Of a DNA stretch of 64,000 nt, positions 18,028 to 27,431 are shown piece by piece (the stretch's first letter is position 1; every line of letters begins with the position of its first letter). This DNA comes from a virus (Duplodnaviria > Heunggongvirae > Uroviricota > Caudoviricetes). The translations under genes and the position numbers were made by a program. The stretch lies in the IMG/VR virus record IMGVR_UViG_3300048591_000212; one strand, given 5' to 3'. A model generated the notes under the pieces. It saw only the letters and a list, made by a program, of their open reading frames with translations, searched no databases and had not been told where the DNA came from.

Positions 18028-18984
18028 ATGAAGGCATACATCACAATCGGTCTTCCGGCATCAGGAAAGTCCACTTGGGCGAAGAACTTCGTTCGGGAGA
18101 ATCCCAATACGATTCGCATCAACAATGATGATATTCGGAACGCGATCTATCGATCAATTTTTGAAAGCGATGAAGATCGTGTCTGGTCTCCCGAAATTGA
18201 GTCTCGCGTTCGGGCCGAACGATCTGAAGCAATCCTGCTTGCCTATGAAGCTGGACGAGATATCATTATTGATAATACTCATTGTAATTCTAAACCCCTT
18301 AGGGCAACTCAGGAAGAGTGCCGGAATCTTGGATTTGAAATCGAAATCAAGGATTTTCGACACGTCACTGCCGAAGAATGTATTCGTCGGGACTCTTTGC
18401 GTGAAGGTCATGAACGAGTTGGGGAGGAAGTGATTCGTCGTATGGAAAAGCTGCTGCTGGCAGAGAAGCCGAAACAAAAACGCGAACGTAAGACCAGTAA
18501 GTATGCCGATTCTCTTCCTGATCTGGAGGATACTGGAAAGCCGAAGTGTATTATTGTGGATGCGGACGGAACAATTTTTGCCCGCGTTAACCGCTCTCCC
18601 TACGACGAAACCAAGGTCTATGATGACGTGACCCGAAACTTCGTTGTCGGGACCGTGGACATGTTTGTTCAGGCCGACGAATTCGCTCAGGTCTTCATCT
18701 TCTCTGGGCGCTCTGAGGCTTGCCGCGCCGATACCGTCAAATGGCTAAATGATAAGTGCGGCTGGCGTGTTGATAGCGACACCAAGGTCAAGCTGTTCAT
18801 GCGAGGAGCAAACGACAGGCGGCGGGATTCTTTGGTGAAATTGGATCTCTATAACGAACACGTCAAGGATAAGTTCGATGTGGTTGCAGTATTTGATGAC
18901 CGGGCGCAGGTTATTCGAGAGTGCTGGAAGCCTCTGGGTCTTCCGGTGTTTCGGTGCGGCCTGATCGACGAGGATGAATTCTAA
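18028..18984 (+). CDS. pseT: polynucleotide 5'-kinase / 3'-phosphatase
   Basis: IGLPASGKSTW..RINNDDIR..IIDNT; HAD domain IVDADGT, FSGRS, MR..DRRRDS.VK, VFDDR.QV. Confidence 0.93.
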   Translation: MKAYITIGLPASGKSTWAKNFVRENPNTIRINNDDIRNAIYRSIFESDEDRVWSPEIESRVRAERSEAILLAYEAGRDIIIDNTHCNSKPLRATQEECRNLGFEIEIKDFRHVTAEECIRRDSLREGHERVGEEVIRRMEKLLLAEKPKQKRERKTSKYADSLPDLEDTGKPKCIIVDADGTIFARVNRSPYDETKVYDDVTRNFVVGTVDMFVQADEFAQVFIFSGRSEACRADTVKWLNDKCGWRVDSDTKVKLFMRGANDRRRDSLVKLDLYNEHVKDKFDVVAVFDDRAQVIRECWKPLGLPVFRCGLIDEDEF

Positions 18985-19121
18985 TGGAAATCTTGTTATA
19001 TCTTTTGAAGATTGTTCCCCTTGTTGTTGGGTTTTTTGTTGGGTTTTTTGTTGTTCAGATATTTCTTAGTTTTTTCGGTTACGAATACATTGTAGAAATC
19101 AGAAAGAAGAATCCAAAATGA
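18984..19121 (+). CDS. 45-aa single-TM protein
   Basis: Fills the gap between pseT and the HD gene with coupled start and stop codons. Confidence 0.5.
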   Translation: MEILLYLLKIVPLVVGFFVGFFVVQIFLSFFGYEYIVEIRKKNPK

Positions 19122-19747
19122 ACGATAAGCTATTCTCTAAATTTTACTTTCCTATTATGGACCTTTATCCAGAGGATTCCAGTATCTACCATAACAGGGA
19201 TCATATTCGGAACTGTTTGTCGTGCGCTCAAGTTTTTCTTGGATATGATTATTGCAAAAAAGATTGGCCTTATGGGGAACACGCTTATAATGTTGTCCGA
19301 TTCGCTCTTCTGTTTCATGATATCAGATATTGGGAAGCGAAAAGTGGGCACGAATTTCTATCCGCTATTTTATGGCTTGATTATGTATACCAAGAAAAGG
19401 AAGTGCCTTATCATTTTGCTGTAGATGTTCATGATGCCATTCTCGAAACAGAGAAACATGACCACTATCATCACAGCGAAGAAACATCTAATAGCTTCGT
19501 TCGGGATATTGACCTATTGGTCGGTCTCGGTTGGGGCGATTATAATAAATTTGTGGATATTTCGGAAAGAATTCGGAGAGAATATTTTTTTGAGCTATCC
19601 GATTCCGAATTTATGAACAAGAGACTGGAGTTTCTGAAAGCTCTTTTAGGGCGAGATAAATTATTTGGTGTTTATGAAATTTCCGCCGCTTATGAAACAA
19701 ACACCAGAAAAATGCTAGAGAGGTATATTAATGAACACTCGGTATAG
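19118..19747 (+). CDS. HD-domain phosphohydrolase
   Basis: YHNRDHI, LLFHDI, ILETEKH, RDIDL, IRREY. Confidence 0.8.
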   Translation: MNDKLFSKFYFPIMDLYPEDSSIYHNRDHIRNCLSCAQVFLGYDYCKKDWPYGEHAYNVVRFALLFHDIRYWEAKSGHEFLSAILWLDYVYQEKEVPYHFAVDVHDAILETEKHDHYHHSEETSNSFVRDIDLLVGLGWGDYNKFVDISERIRREYFFELSDSEFMNKRLEFLKALLGRDKLFGVYEISAAYETNTRKMLERYINEHSV

Positions 19748-20314
19748 TAAGGTCTATTACCCGCCTTCAGAATGTGTAGATTGGTATCATCACGGAATTT
19801 TTCTGGCTGGCTCCATTGAGATGGATACCGCCGAGAATTGGCAGGACGAATTCATTAAACGGTTTCAGGAAGTTTATCCTGACGTTTCCAATATCAAAGA
19901 ACGGGGTCTTCGGCCCTATGTGGATAAGTTTTCGATCATGAACCCGCGCCGAAAGGATTGGAACTCGGACCCGGACCCGGACCCGGAATATATGAAAGAG
20001 CAGGTTAAGTGGGAATTGAAGTATCTAAGACATTGCCCCCCCATATTTTCATGAATTTCTGCTCAGGAACCAAAAGTCCGATCACTCTTCTGGAATTCGG
20101 AATTCTTATGGGATACGTCGGAGACGACGAAATTGATCCACCTACCATTATTGTGTGCTGTCCAGACGACTTCTGGCGCGTAGAAAATGTTCGGATTACT
20201 TTTGATTATTTCAGTGAACTTGGTGGAAGAAATTTTTCTCCACAGCTTCAACTTCACAACAATTTCAACGATGGTTTTGGTGCTTTCGTGGAGCAAATGA
20301 AATATGTACAATAA
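19731..20314 (+). pseudogene. nucleoside 2-deoxyribosyltransferase-like gene split by a frameshift in a C7 tract
   Basis: IFLAGSI..WQ..NPRR..QVKWEL in frame 1 continues as IFMNF..SPITLLEFG..VCCP..FWR..NV in frame 2; the break is at C7, 20036-20042. Confidence 0.8.
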
Positions 20315-20513
20315 ACCGGAAGATTACTTCAAAAATAACAATACCATCTCCGTGTCCGAGGTCATTGAGATGTTGAATACTCTCGAAGAGTATGCCCGAT
20401 CCAGCACGAAGAGTACCCAAGTCAATAAGGATCTGCTGGCTATGATCGAGTCCAAGCGCAGATTCTTGATGAGTCGTCTGAAAAACAATGAAAGGTGGAC
20501 GCTAACTAAATGA
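20304..20513 (+). CDS. hypothetical protein
   Basis: 69 aa, translationally coupled to its neighbours. Confidence 0.55.
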   Translation: MYNKPEDYFKNNNTISVSEVIEMLNTLEEYARSSTKSTQVNKDLLAMIESKRRFLMSRLKNNERWTLTK

Positions 20514-21154
20514 ACACAAGAACCGCTAACCCTCAAGATTTTGGATATAAATGTTTTCGCTCCAATCCAGTAAGGATCTGGGCCAAAGACGGCAAATTTT
20601 TCTTCGAAACCGATGAATGGAGATTGGTAGAGGATCTTCCATTTAATACCATCGAAGACGCGACGGAGGCTTTTGAAAAAATTCGTTGCGTTCGGGAGAA
20701 TACCACTGTAGCCAAAGAAAGGACTCTTCTCGAAGAAATTGAAGATGATGTGGACGATATTGATGATCTGAATATTCAAAATGTTCTTTCGGATATTGTA
20801 TATGGCCTCAAGGAACTCGGCCCAGAATCTTGGGCGCATATTGAGGATGCTCCAATGTTTGTCGGGGTGGCAGACAAGGTAATTGGTCCTCAAGAAGATA
20901 TTTCGTCCAGAGTGGGAGATAATGAAAAGGTTCGATCCGAACTTCGATTTATTGCCAACGCCAAGACTGACGTTCCTCTGCTGTGTTTTCTTGTGGCAAA
21001 ATTGATGAAAATTATTCAGAGTGATTCGATCATTTTTACGGACAATTCCGTCGAAGCTGTTTCGGAGCGACTAGAAAAGCTGTATGTGACGGCACAGTTG
21101 GAGATGGACGACAGGAGAGTGAAATATGAGAAATATCATAAACAGGATTATTAA
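20510..21154 (+). CDS. hypothetical protein
   Basis: 214 aa, coupled start. Confidence 0.65.
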   Translation: MNTRTANPQDFGYKCFRSNPVRIWAKDGKFFFETDEWRLVEDLPFNTIEDATEAFEKIRCVRENTTVAKERTLLEEIEDDVDDIDDLNIQNVLSDIVYGLKELGPESWAHIEDAPMFVGVADKVIGPQEDISSRVGDNEKVRSELRFIANAKTDVPLLCFLVAKLMKIIQSDSIIFTDNSVEAVSERLEKLYVTAQLEMDDRRVKYEKYHKQDY

Positions 21155-21179
21155 ATGGTGAAATGACCTAAATAGTTTT

Positions 21180-21304
21180 TACACTCTAGCTCAACGGACA
21201 GAGCGGCGGCGTTACATTGCTGTGGTGAGTAGGGTAGGAGAATAACTAGTCCCTGTTCTCTGAGAGTATCTCCTGTGCTGGTTCAAATCCAGCGGGTGCG
21301 ACTA
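21180..21304 (+). ncRNA. tRNA-like RNA with a 53-nt variable arm
   Basis: T8-A9, D-arm gctc/gagc, T-arm gctgg-ttcaaat-ccagc, acceptor TACACTC/GGGTGCG (one mismatch, two G-U), 8-nt anticodon loop gttacatt; late-promoter-like cctaaata 6 nt upstream. Confidence 0.65.
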
Positions 21305-21306
21305 AA

Positions 21307-21450
21307 ATGAGAAAAATAAATAGAATAAAGAAATTAACTTCGAATAAATCAAAGTGGTGGTGTTCTAATTGTGATTGAGCATTAGTTGGTTATATTGGAA
21401 AATGTCGCTGTTGCGGTAAAAAGGAACCAACAAAAAAGAAAAAATTTTGA
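21307..21450 (+). pseudogene. small Zn-finger-like ORF with an in-frame TGA
   Basis: KWWCSNCD*ALVGYIGKCRCCG; the TGA at 21376 separates two Cys pairs. Confidence 0.5.
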
Positions 21451-21471
21451 GGCTAACGTACCTCGGTTTTC

Positions 21472-21505
21472 AAGCCATCGGGCCTTCCGGTGGCTTTTTT
21501 GTTTT
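21472..21505 (+). terminator. Rho-independent terminator
   Basis: aagccatcgg-gcctt-ccggtggctt followed by a T run. Confidence 0.85.
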
Positions 21506-21520
21506 GCATAAATAGACTAT

Positions 21521-21694
21521 ATGACTATTAATAGCGCAACAAATGTAAATGACAGAACTCTGACCAACTACTACAACAAACTGCTGAGGGATGCCATCAT
21601 GAAGGCTAAGACCGAGGCAACTCGTTCGACCAGAGAAAAGCGGGAGTTTGTCATAGAGGTTAGAATTCTGGAGAAAAAGACTTCCAAGAAATGA
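21521..21694 (+). CDS. 57-aa late protein
   Basis: cataaata at 21507-21514, ATG 7 nt later; stop overlaps the next ATG. Confidence 0.55.
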   Translation: MTINSATNVNDRTLTNYYNKLLRDAIMKAKTEATRSTREKREFVIEVRILEKKTSKK

Positions 21695-22698
21695 CAAAAA
21701 ACTTCAGGCAATTCTGTTTATTGAACGAAGGTGGGGCCGCTGGAGTGATGCAGCATCCTTATCATATAGCCACAAATGGAAAAGAACTGGTGGATATTTT
21801 TCGAAAATCCATCAAATCCATTTCAGGTGGTCTGGCATCCCTGAAAATAGACGGAATCAATGTTTCTCTTCGAGTCGTAGACGGTCAATTTGTGATGGAC
21901 CGTGGTTCCAAGAAGGATCTTGATGTAAAGGGAATTCGTCCCGAAGACCTGAAGAATCGCTTTCCGGCTGGACATGGCCTAATCAAAATCGGTAAAGAGG
22001 TCATCGAAATGTTCGATAATTCCTTCTCTCTGATTCGTCCCGAACTGAATAAGTTAGGTTTACTGAAAAATCCAAACCTTCTTCTGAATATTGAATATGT
22101 TGACGGAAAGACGAATGTGATTGACATGAAAGGAAAATCGATCACCATTCATGGAATTTTGAAGGTTATCGTGAACGAAAAAACTGGCTCCAGAGACACA
22201 GTAGAGATCGATCATGATTCTGATGCCCTGCTCGAATTAATCGAAAAACTCAAGCCAGTTTTCAAGAAGAAGTATGGATATGAGATCATCTCGAATGTTC
22301 CGGTGTATTCTTGGGAATCGACGGCCCTGAAGCTCAATGATGCTCTTTCGGAAAAATACACAATCAACGGAGAAACGAAAACTCTATGGCAGTGGATTTC
22401 TGGAGTACAGGAGATCAAACTTCCTCTTATTAATCGAGAGAAATTCTCTGAATATTTATTCAGTTTATCCGAAATTGATGATCCGAAGCACACAAATGAT
22501 GTTATCATTTATTTGACCACGACAAAACTCGGAGACGAAATACTCTCAAAACTGAGTTCGGACATGGGAAATGTAGCCAAGCACGAAGGCATTGTAATTC
22601 GGGACACCACAATTTCAGAAAAACCTTTCAAGATTACCGGATCATTCATTCTAAAGGGTCTTTATTCCAAGTTCAATAAGAAGAAAAAAGATGAATAA
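21691..22698 (+). CDS. ligase-fold (covalent nucleotidyltransferase-like) protein with capsid-targeting-like N-terminus
   Basis: LLNE|GGAAGVMQHP; KxDG (SLKIDG), NIEYV, HEGIVIR and PFKITG resemble ligase motifs I, III, IV and V. Confidence 0.6.
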   Translation: MTKNFRQFCLLNEGGAAGVMQHPYHIATNGKELVDIFRKSIKSISGGLASLKIDGINVSLRVVDGQFVMDRGSKKDLDVKGIRPEDLKNRFPAGHGLIKIGKEVIEMFDNSFSLIRPELNKLGLLKNPNLLLNIEYVDGKTNVIDMKGKSITIHGILKVIVNEKTGSRDTVEIDHDSDALLELIEKLKPVFKKKYGYEIISNVPVYSWESTALKLNDALSEKYTINGETKTLWQWISGVQEIKLPLINREKFSEYLFSLSEIDDPKHTNDVIIYLTTTKLGDEILSKLSSDMGNVAKHEGIVIRDTTISEKPFKITGSFILKGLYSKFNKKKKDE

Positions 22699-23758
22699 AA
22701 TAGTAATATATTCAGGTGGCTTTCATCCATTTACTCCTGCCCACAAACAAGTCTATGACCACATAGGCGAGAAGTTTGAGGACTTTGATGTCTGGGTTGC
22801 CACATCAAATTCCACCAAGAATCGTCCCTTTAATTTCGAGCAAAAACGGACAATCATGATAGAGTCTGGAGTATTTGAAGACGAGATTGTTCAGGTGGAA
22901 CAGCCATATTCTCCCAAGGAGATTTTGGACAATTATGATCCCAATATGGACATTTGTGTTTTCGTTGTGTCCAAAAAAGACTCGGACAGATTTGAAGGAG
23001 ATGACGGCGGCAAGTACCTAGAATTTCCAGAAAATTCCGAAGACCTAAAACCATTTGGTAAAAACTATTATGTATATTACTGTCCAGAATATTCCTTCAA
23101 GATAGACGAAACCGAGATTCGGGATGCCTCCTTTGTTCGGGAGATGTACAAGAAGGCCAATTCCGAGGTAAGAGAAAACATTCTTCAACTCATGTATCCA
23201 AATAGTAAGGATATTCCACTACTTCAAAGAATTTTCGACGAGGCTCTTGGTAAAAAGAGTTTTTCGGATATTCTAAATGAGGTAAAGGCTGGTTATGATG
23301 ATTGGGGATTCGTCACTCAAAACGGAACCATTATTGATGGAACCAAGGACAGGACGGCCCGGTTTCATCGAGAATTACTTCAGAAAATTGTGCTGGATAA
23401 AAAACTGGCCTCAAAGTATTTTACTTCTGAACAACATGAGGATATCATGAAGAATGAGGTCGAAGGCGTCGGAACGAATTGGCTTCATGTTCCTATGTCC
23501 GTCGCCTTTGATTATGGCTGGTGTCGGTGGTATTTTAAGGACAGCCGAGAAGTCACCTTCGATATGGTAATGGGTGAGATTACTCGCGCAAAAGGAATTC
23601 AAAGAGAACTGACCTATAGACAGAGAAGGGCCATTCTTGGAATTATAAATAAATATCCAAATAAGGAAAGGCTGATGTACAGTCTGTATACATCCACATT
23701 AATGAGCGGAAGATTCGAGGGACTAAAATACTCAGAATTTCTGAGTATTTTACTGTAA
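22691..23758 (+). CDS. HIGH-superfamily nucleotidyltransferase fused to a GWxRW-family module
   Basis: IYSGGFHPFTPAH..VATS..RPFNFEQK..FVVSKKDSDRF..RDASFVR; internal KKSFSDILNE then DWGF..G..H..GWCRW. Confidence 0.7.
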   Translation: MNKIVIYSGGFHPFTPAHKQVYDHIGEKFEDFDVWVATSNSTKNRPFNFEQKRTIMIESGVFEDEIVQVEQPYSPKEILDNYDPNMDICVFVVSKKDSDRFEGDDGGKYLEFPENSEDLKPFGKNYYVYYCPEYSFKIDETEIRDASFVREMYKKANSEVRENILQLMYPNSKDIPLLQRIFDEALGKKSFSDILNEVKAGYDDWGFVTQNGTIIDGTKDRTARFHRELLQKIVLDKKLASKYFTSEQHEDIMKNEVEGVGTNWLHVPMSVAFDYGWCRWYFKDSREVTFDMVMGEITRAKGIQRELTYRQRRAILGIINKYPNKERLMYSLYTSTLMSGRFEGLKYSEFLSILL

Positions 23759-23776
23759 CATATAAATATATAAGGT

Positions 23777-25075
23777 ATGACGGAACACATGGAACCAACA
23801 AATAATTCAAAAAACTACTCTCAGATTTTCGAAGAAATGAAGTCTGATATTCGCCTATTAAATGAATCTCAGAGAATGAGTACCAATGTCGGAATCATTC
23901 GGCCTTTGTTTGAGGCGGCGGAAGAGTGTAATTGTCTCAAGAAAGGAATCAGCCCAAACTCTACTGATGAAGAAGTTCTGGAGGCCATTGATGTTCTTTC
24001 AGAAAAATACCTTTCATATCTTCTGTCTTCTGAGTTTCTAGCCGAGGCTGAGGAAGAAGAAAACACAGAACCGGACCCGCCCACAGAAGAAGAACCACTT
24101 CCCAACGAAGAAGAAACTGAACCGGAAGAAACCAATATTGAAAAAGAGATTGCAGACGAAACCGACGAAGAAAAGAAAGAGCGACTTCAAGTACTGGATT
24201 CCATCATAAAGCAGAAACTTATTCATAAATTCGCCAAGACTCCGGTCGATATTAATAGAATCACCAAGACTCTTATTAACTTCATTACCAAGGGACACGA
24301 CGAGGCCCAGATTAAAAATGAACTCGATCAGAGAGCCTTTATTGATTTCTCCTTGGATGTTATGAATGTTCTACTAAAGAACAAAAGAATTGCCTCTTTG
24401 GTTGGACTGGAAGCCATCACCGAAGAAAAGGAAGTAATTACCGAAGCGGCGAAAGGAAAGAATCCAATTAAAAAGAAACGCCGGGAAAAGAATGCTCCAA
24501 AGAAGGTGGACACTATTTCTCCTAAATTGGATATGCTTTTGCGTCTGGGTCTGGTGGACAAGAAACTTTATGCCAGAGCCAAAAGAGCCTTGGCGAACAA
24601 GAAGGCAACCGGATCGATTTCGATTTATCGGAATATTCTCTTTGATCTTCTGGATGATATCATTCAGTATATTCAGAAAGACCCGACTCTCTATAATCGA
24701 ATGAGAATTAATGTCATGAAGGAAATGAAGAATTCTTTGCCGAAAAAGGAAGACTTGATTGCTGCATATGAAAGCGGTCAGGACTGTCGCAGAAAAGGGC
24801 TTACTGAGGACGAATTGCCAGAGGAGTTTATGACCGACGAATTTCTGAAAGAGGCTTGGTACAAGGGATTTAATAACAAAGAGAAGCCACAATTCAAGAA
24901 GCCGCAGGAAAAGGATTCTCCTCATTACCGAACCGATCACCACTATGGAGACGGGGACATTGATCCAGAAACGGTTCCAATATTTAAGTCGTCTTTGAAT
25001 AAGGATGAGGACGATATCGACGAAAAGAAATCCAGATTCAGGGATATTCTTCAGAAAATTCGTGGAAGGGAGTAA
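23777..25075 (+). CDS. acidic late protein, probably head-associated
   Basis: TATAAATA 9 nt upstream; LLNE, AITE and VITE sites; KLDMLLRLGL motif. Confidence 0.6.
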   Translation: MTEHMEPTNNSKNYSQIFEEMKSDIRLLNESQRMSTNVGIIRPLFEAAEECNCLKKGISPNSTDEEVLEAIDVLSEKYLSYLLSSEFLAEAEEEENTEPDPPTEEEPLPNEEETEPEETNIEKEIADETDEEKKERLQVLDSIIKQKLIHKFAKTPVDINRITKTLINFITKGHDEAQIKNELDQRAFIDFSLDVMNVLLKNKRIASLVGLEAITEEKEVITEAAKGKNPIKKKRREKNAPKKVDTISPKLDMLLRLGLVDKKLYARAKRALANKKATGSISIYRNILFDLLDDIIQYIQKDPTLYNRMRINVMKEMKNSLPKKEDLIAAYESGQDCRRKGLTEDELPEEFMTDEFLKEAWYKGFNNKEKPQFKKPQEKDSPHYRTDHHYGDGDIDPETVPIFKSSLNKDEDDIDEKKSRFRDILQKIRGRE

Positions 25076-25080
25076 TACAC

Positions 25081-27039
25081 ATGAAAAACTTTTCCTCATT
25101 TAATGAAGAACTAAAGATGGCCGAAATTGATGTTCTATCGGATATTCTGGATTCAATTGAACTAATTGCCGATGAATCCTATGAAAGCAATGAGGCTGCT
25201 CTTGATGAGGTTGCTGGATTGCTGGCTCAGGTTGGTCTTTCCTTTAATAAGGAAGAAGTTCTGTCGGCCCTAGAAGCCGGGGAAGAGATTGAGATTGCCT
25301 TGGTAGATTCTGAGGATTCCGAAGAAACCAGTCTGGAAGTCTTTGTGGATGAGTCACTTGGAAAGAAAATTGATGGTGATATTGTTCTTCGAGTCGAACC
25401 GGGGTCCGAGGCCGGAAAGATTATTCCGTCTGTGATGATCTATTTCGATGACGAAGGCGCACAGGAATTGGCTGATGTGGAATTTGAGCCAATTGATGAT
25501 TCTGAAGAAGAGGATGATGATGAATCATTAAATGAAGATCCCCATAAAGAAATGCCTTATGATTTTTATGGTTGGATCACACAAAATGAAATAGTCGATT
25601 TAACTGAAATTAGTGGCGCAAGAACTCATGCAAGATTTCCAAAAGAAATAAAAGACAAATATGGAATCGAAGGAAATCATGATCGTTATGATTTTAATCC
25701 AATAAGTTCAACATCATTTTATAAAAAGAATTATGCTAAGGGGTTTTTGAGATGGATGATTCGGCAGGGCAAAATTACATTTGAAAATTCTTTGTTTGAT
25801 GATATGAATAAAATTTCAGAAAAACAGATGGAATTAATTCAGAATTTATGTAAGAAATATGACGATTATCTTCCCGTTGGAATTAGATTAGATTTTCAAA
25901 AATTCAATAATTATGATAAACCCTTCAAAAATTTTGGAAACTTTTTGAAGGAATATAAAAAGAAAATTAAAAGAGAATCCACATTAAATGAAGACCGACA
26001 TTCTCAGATGTCCTATGAAGCCTATGGCTGGATTACTCGAAGGGGTCCAGAGATTGTTTACTTGGATGAAGTCGATGGGGCGGTGTCCCATACCGATTTT
26101 CCATTTGAATTAGAAGACCAATTTGATGGCCTAGTCTATGCCGGGTATGATGCTAATTATCGAAAAGGAAACCTGAGATGGCAGGTTTGGAGGGGATATC
26201 TCACTATTGAGAATTCCATGATAGAATCGAAAACGGATATTCCAGAGAATCAGTTCATGTTAATCAAGGAACTATATGATAAATATGAAGACATGATTCC
26301 GAACGGAATCCGTCTGGATTTCAGTCGAGATACCTATCTAACTGGTTCGGATCTGAGAAAATATGGATCATTTAATGATCTACTTCGGGCCTATAAACAT
26401 GAAAAAGACCCACACAGACTAATTTACAAAAAGACAACAGCAGAGGGAGAAGTAATGAGCAACAAGAAATTTTCTGATTTATTGAGTGAGACGGAAGAGG
26501 ATCTTTTCAAAGACGACCCAGAGGCAGAAGAAGAAACTCCAGAAACACCGGAACCGGAAGAAGAAGATGATGATGGCAACGACGATAAAGAGGAAGAGGA
26601 AGAATCCAAGGTCGAGAAGTATTTGAAAAAGGCCGTCAAGGAACTTGGAAAAGAATTGGACAAGAGTGACGAAGAGTTGTCCGATGAAATGATCGATTCG
26701 ATTACTCTGAATCTCAAGATGGAACTGGAAACTTTGATTAATGGTGAGGAAGAGGAAACCGAGTCCGACGAGCAATCCGAAACTACCAATGAAGTTCCAG
26801 AAGAGGGAACAGAGACTTTGGAACAGCAGGACGCCAATTCCGATGTGATCATTTATGAGGCATTTGAGGCAAAGGATCTCTTTAATGTTATTCTATTTAA
26901 GCCGACTTCAAGACTGACAATCAGTAGAATCTTCAAGGCTCCGTCCACAAAGACTCTCGAAAAGATGGTCAAGGATGAATATCCTGAATTTTTGATTCAG
27001 CATGTGACACCAATTGCGGAGTATTTTCCAGAATTCTAA
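25081..27039 (+). CDS. multi-module internal-head-like polyprotein with two GWxRW modules
   Basis: MKNFSSFNEE start; SLNE|DPH and TLNE|DRH modules; MSNKKFSDLLSE segment; acidic linkers. Confidence 0.7.
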   Translation: MKNFSSFNEELKMAEIDVLSDILDSIELIADESYESNEAALDEVAGLLAQVGLSFNKEEVLSALEAGEEIEIALVDSEDSEETSLEVFVDESLGKKIDGDIVLRVEPGSEAGKIIPSVMIYFDDEGAQELADVEFEPIDDSEEEDDDESLNEDPHKEMPYDFYGWITQNEIVDLTEISGARTHARFPKEIKDKYGIEGNHDRYDFNPISSTSFYKKNYAKGFLRWMIRQGKITFENSLFDDMNKISEKQMELIQNLCKKYDDYLPVGIRLDFQKFNNYDKPFKNFGNFLKEYKKKIKRESTLNEDRHSQMSYEAYGWITRRGPEIVYLDEVDGAVSHTDFPFELEDQFDGLVYAGYDANYRKGNLRWQVWRGYLTIENSMIESKTDIPENQFMLIKELYDKYEDMIPNGIRLDFSRDTYLTGSDLRKYGSFNDLLRAYKHEKDPHRLIYKKTTAEGEVMSNKKFSDLLSETEEDLFKDDPEAEEETPETPEPEEEDDDGNDDKEEEEESKVEKYLKKAVKELGKELDKSDEELSDEMIDSITLNLKMELETLINGEEEETESDEQSETTNEVPEEGTETLEQQDANSDVIIYEAFEAKDLFNVILFKPTSRLTISRIFKAPSTKTLEKMVKDEYPEFLIQHVTPIAEYFPEF

Positions 27040-27431
27040 TGGCCCAACCATCCAAGGAAAAAAGTGAGATTCGGCGTTTTGCTGAAACTGTTTATAGTAA
27101 TCCTTCATGTAATTCAACCCTAGAATTTGATGAGGATTACCAAAAAATAAAGTACATCAAAATTCTGATCAACAAGCTATTGAAGAATAAGGAGTCGAAT
27201 ATCCGGCTCCTACTCAACCATATTATTTGCTTTGATAATGTATTTCCGGGTTCGACTTCTCTCTTTATTCTGCTGTCGGAATGTAATCAGATTGAACAAC
27301 AGAAGATGATTGTGTCTATTTTTCATTTTCTGAAACGAGGCTTGCCAGAAGTTATCAGAGTTCGTGGAATCGATATACATACGAGTGCCTATATAGAGAA
27401 TTCTATTTTGGAGAAATTGAAAAGACAATGA
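27039..27431 (+). CDS. conserved T4-like hypothetical protein
   Basis: EFDEDYQKIKYIKIL..NIRLLLNHII.F.NVF, a motif common in T4-like phages. Confidence 0.7.
   Translation: MAQPSKEKSEIRRFAETVYSNPSCNSTLEFDEDYQKIKYIKILINKLLKNKESNIRLLLNHIICFDNVFPGSTSLFILLSECNQIEQQKMIVSIFHFLKRGLPEVIRVRGIDIHTSAYIENSILEKLKRQ

Noticed and set aside
21180-21304. tRNA-Sec or intron-containing tRNA
   Set aside because: No UCA anticodon. Removing the insert at 37/38 gives no anticodon stem, and the insert is too short for a group I intron.
21470-21697. 75-aa minus-strand ORF
   Set aside because: The plus-strand 57-aa ORF 21521-21694 has a late promoter and a coupled stop and fits better.
24374-25099. 241-aa minus-strand ORF and similar shadows (215-682, 20324-20893, 41140-41733, 55293-55874)
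   Set aside because: They overlap better-supported genes on the other strand and lack motifs and expression signals.
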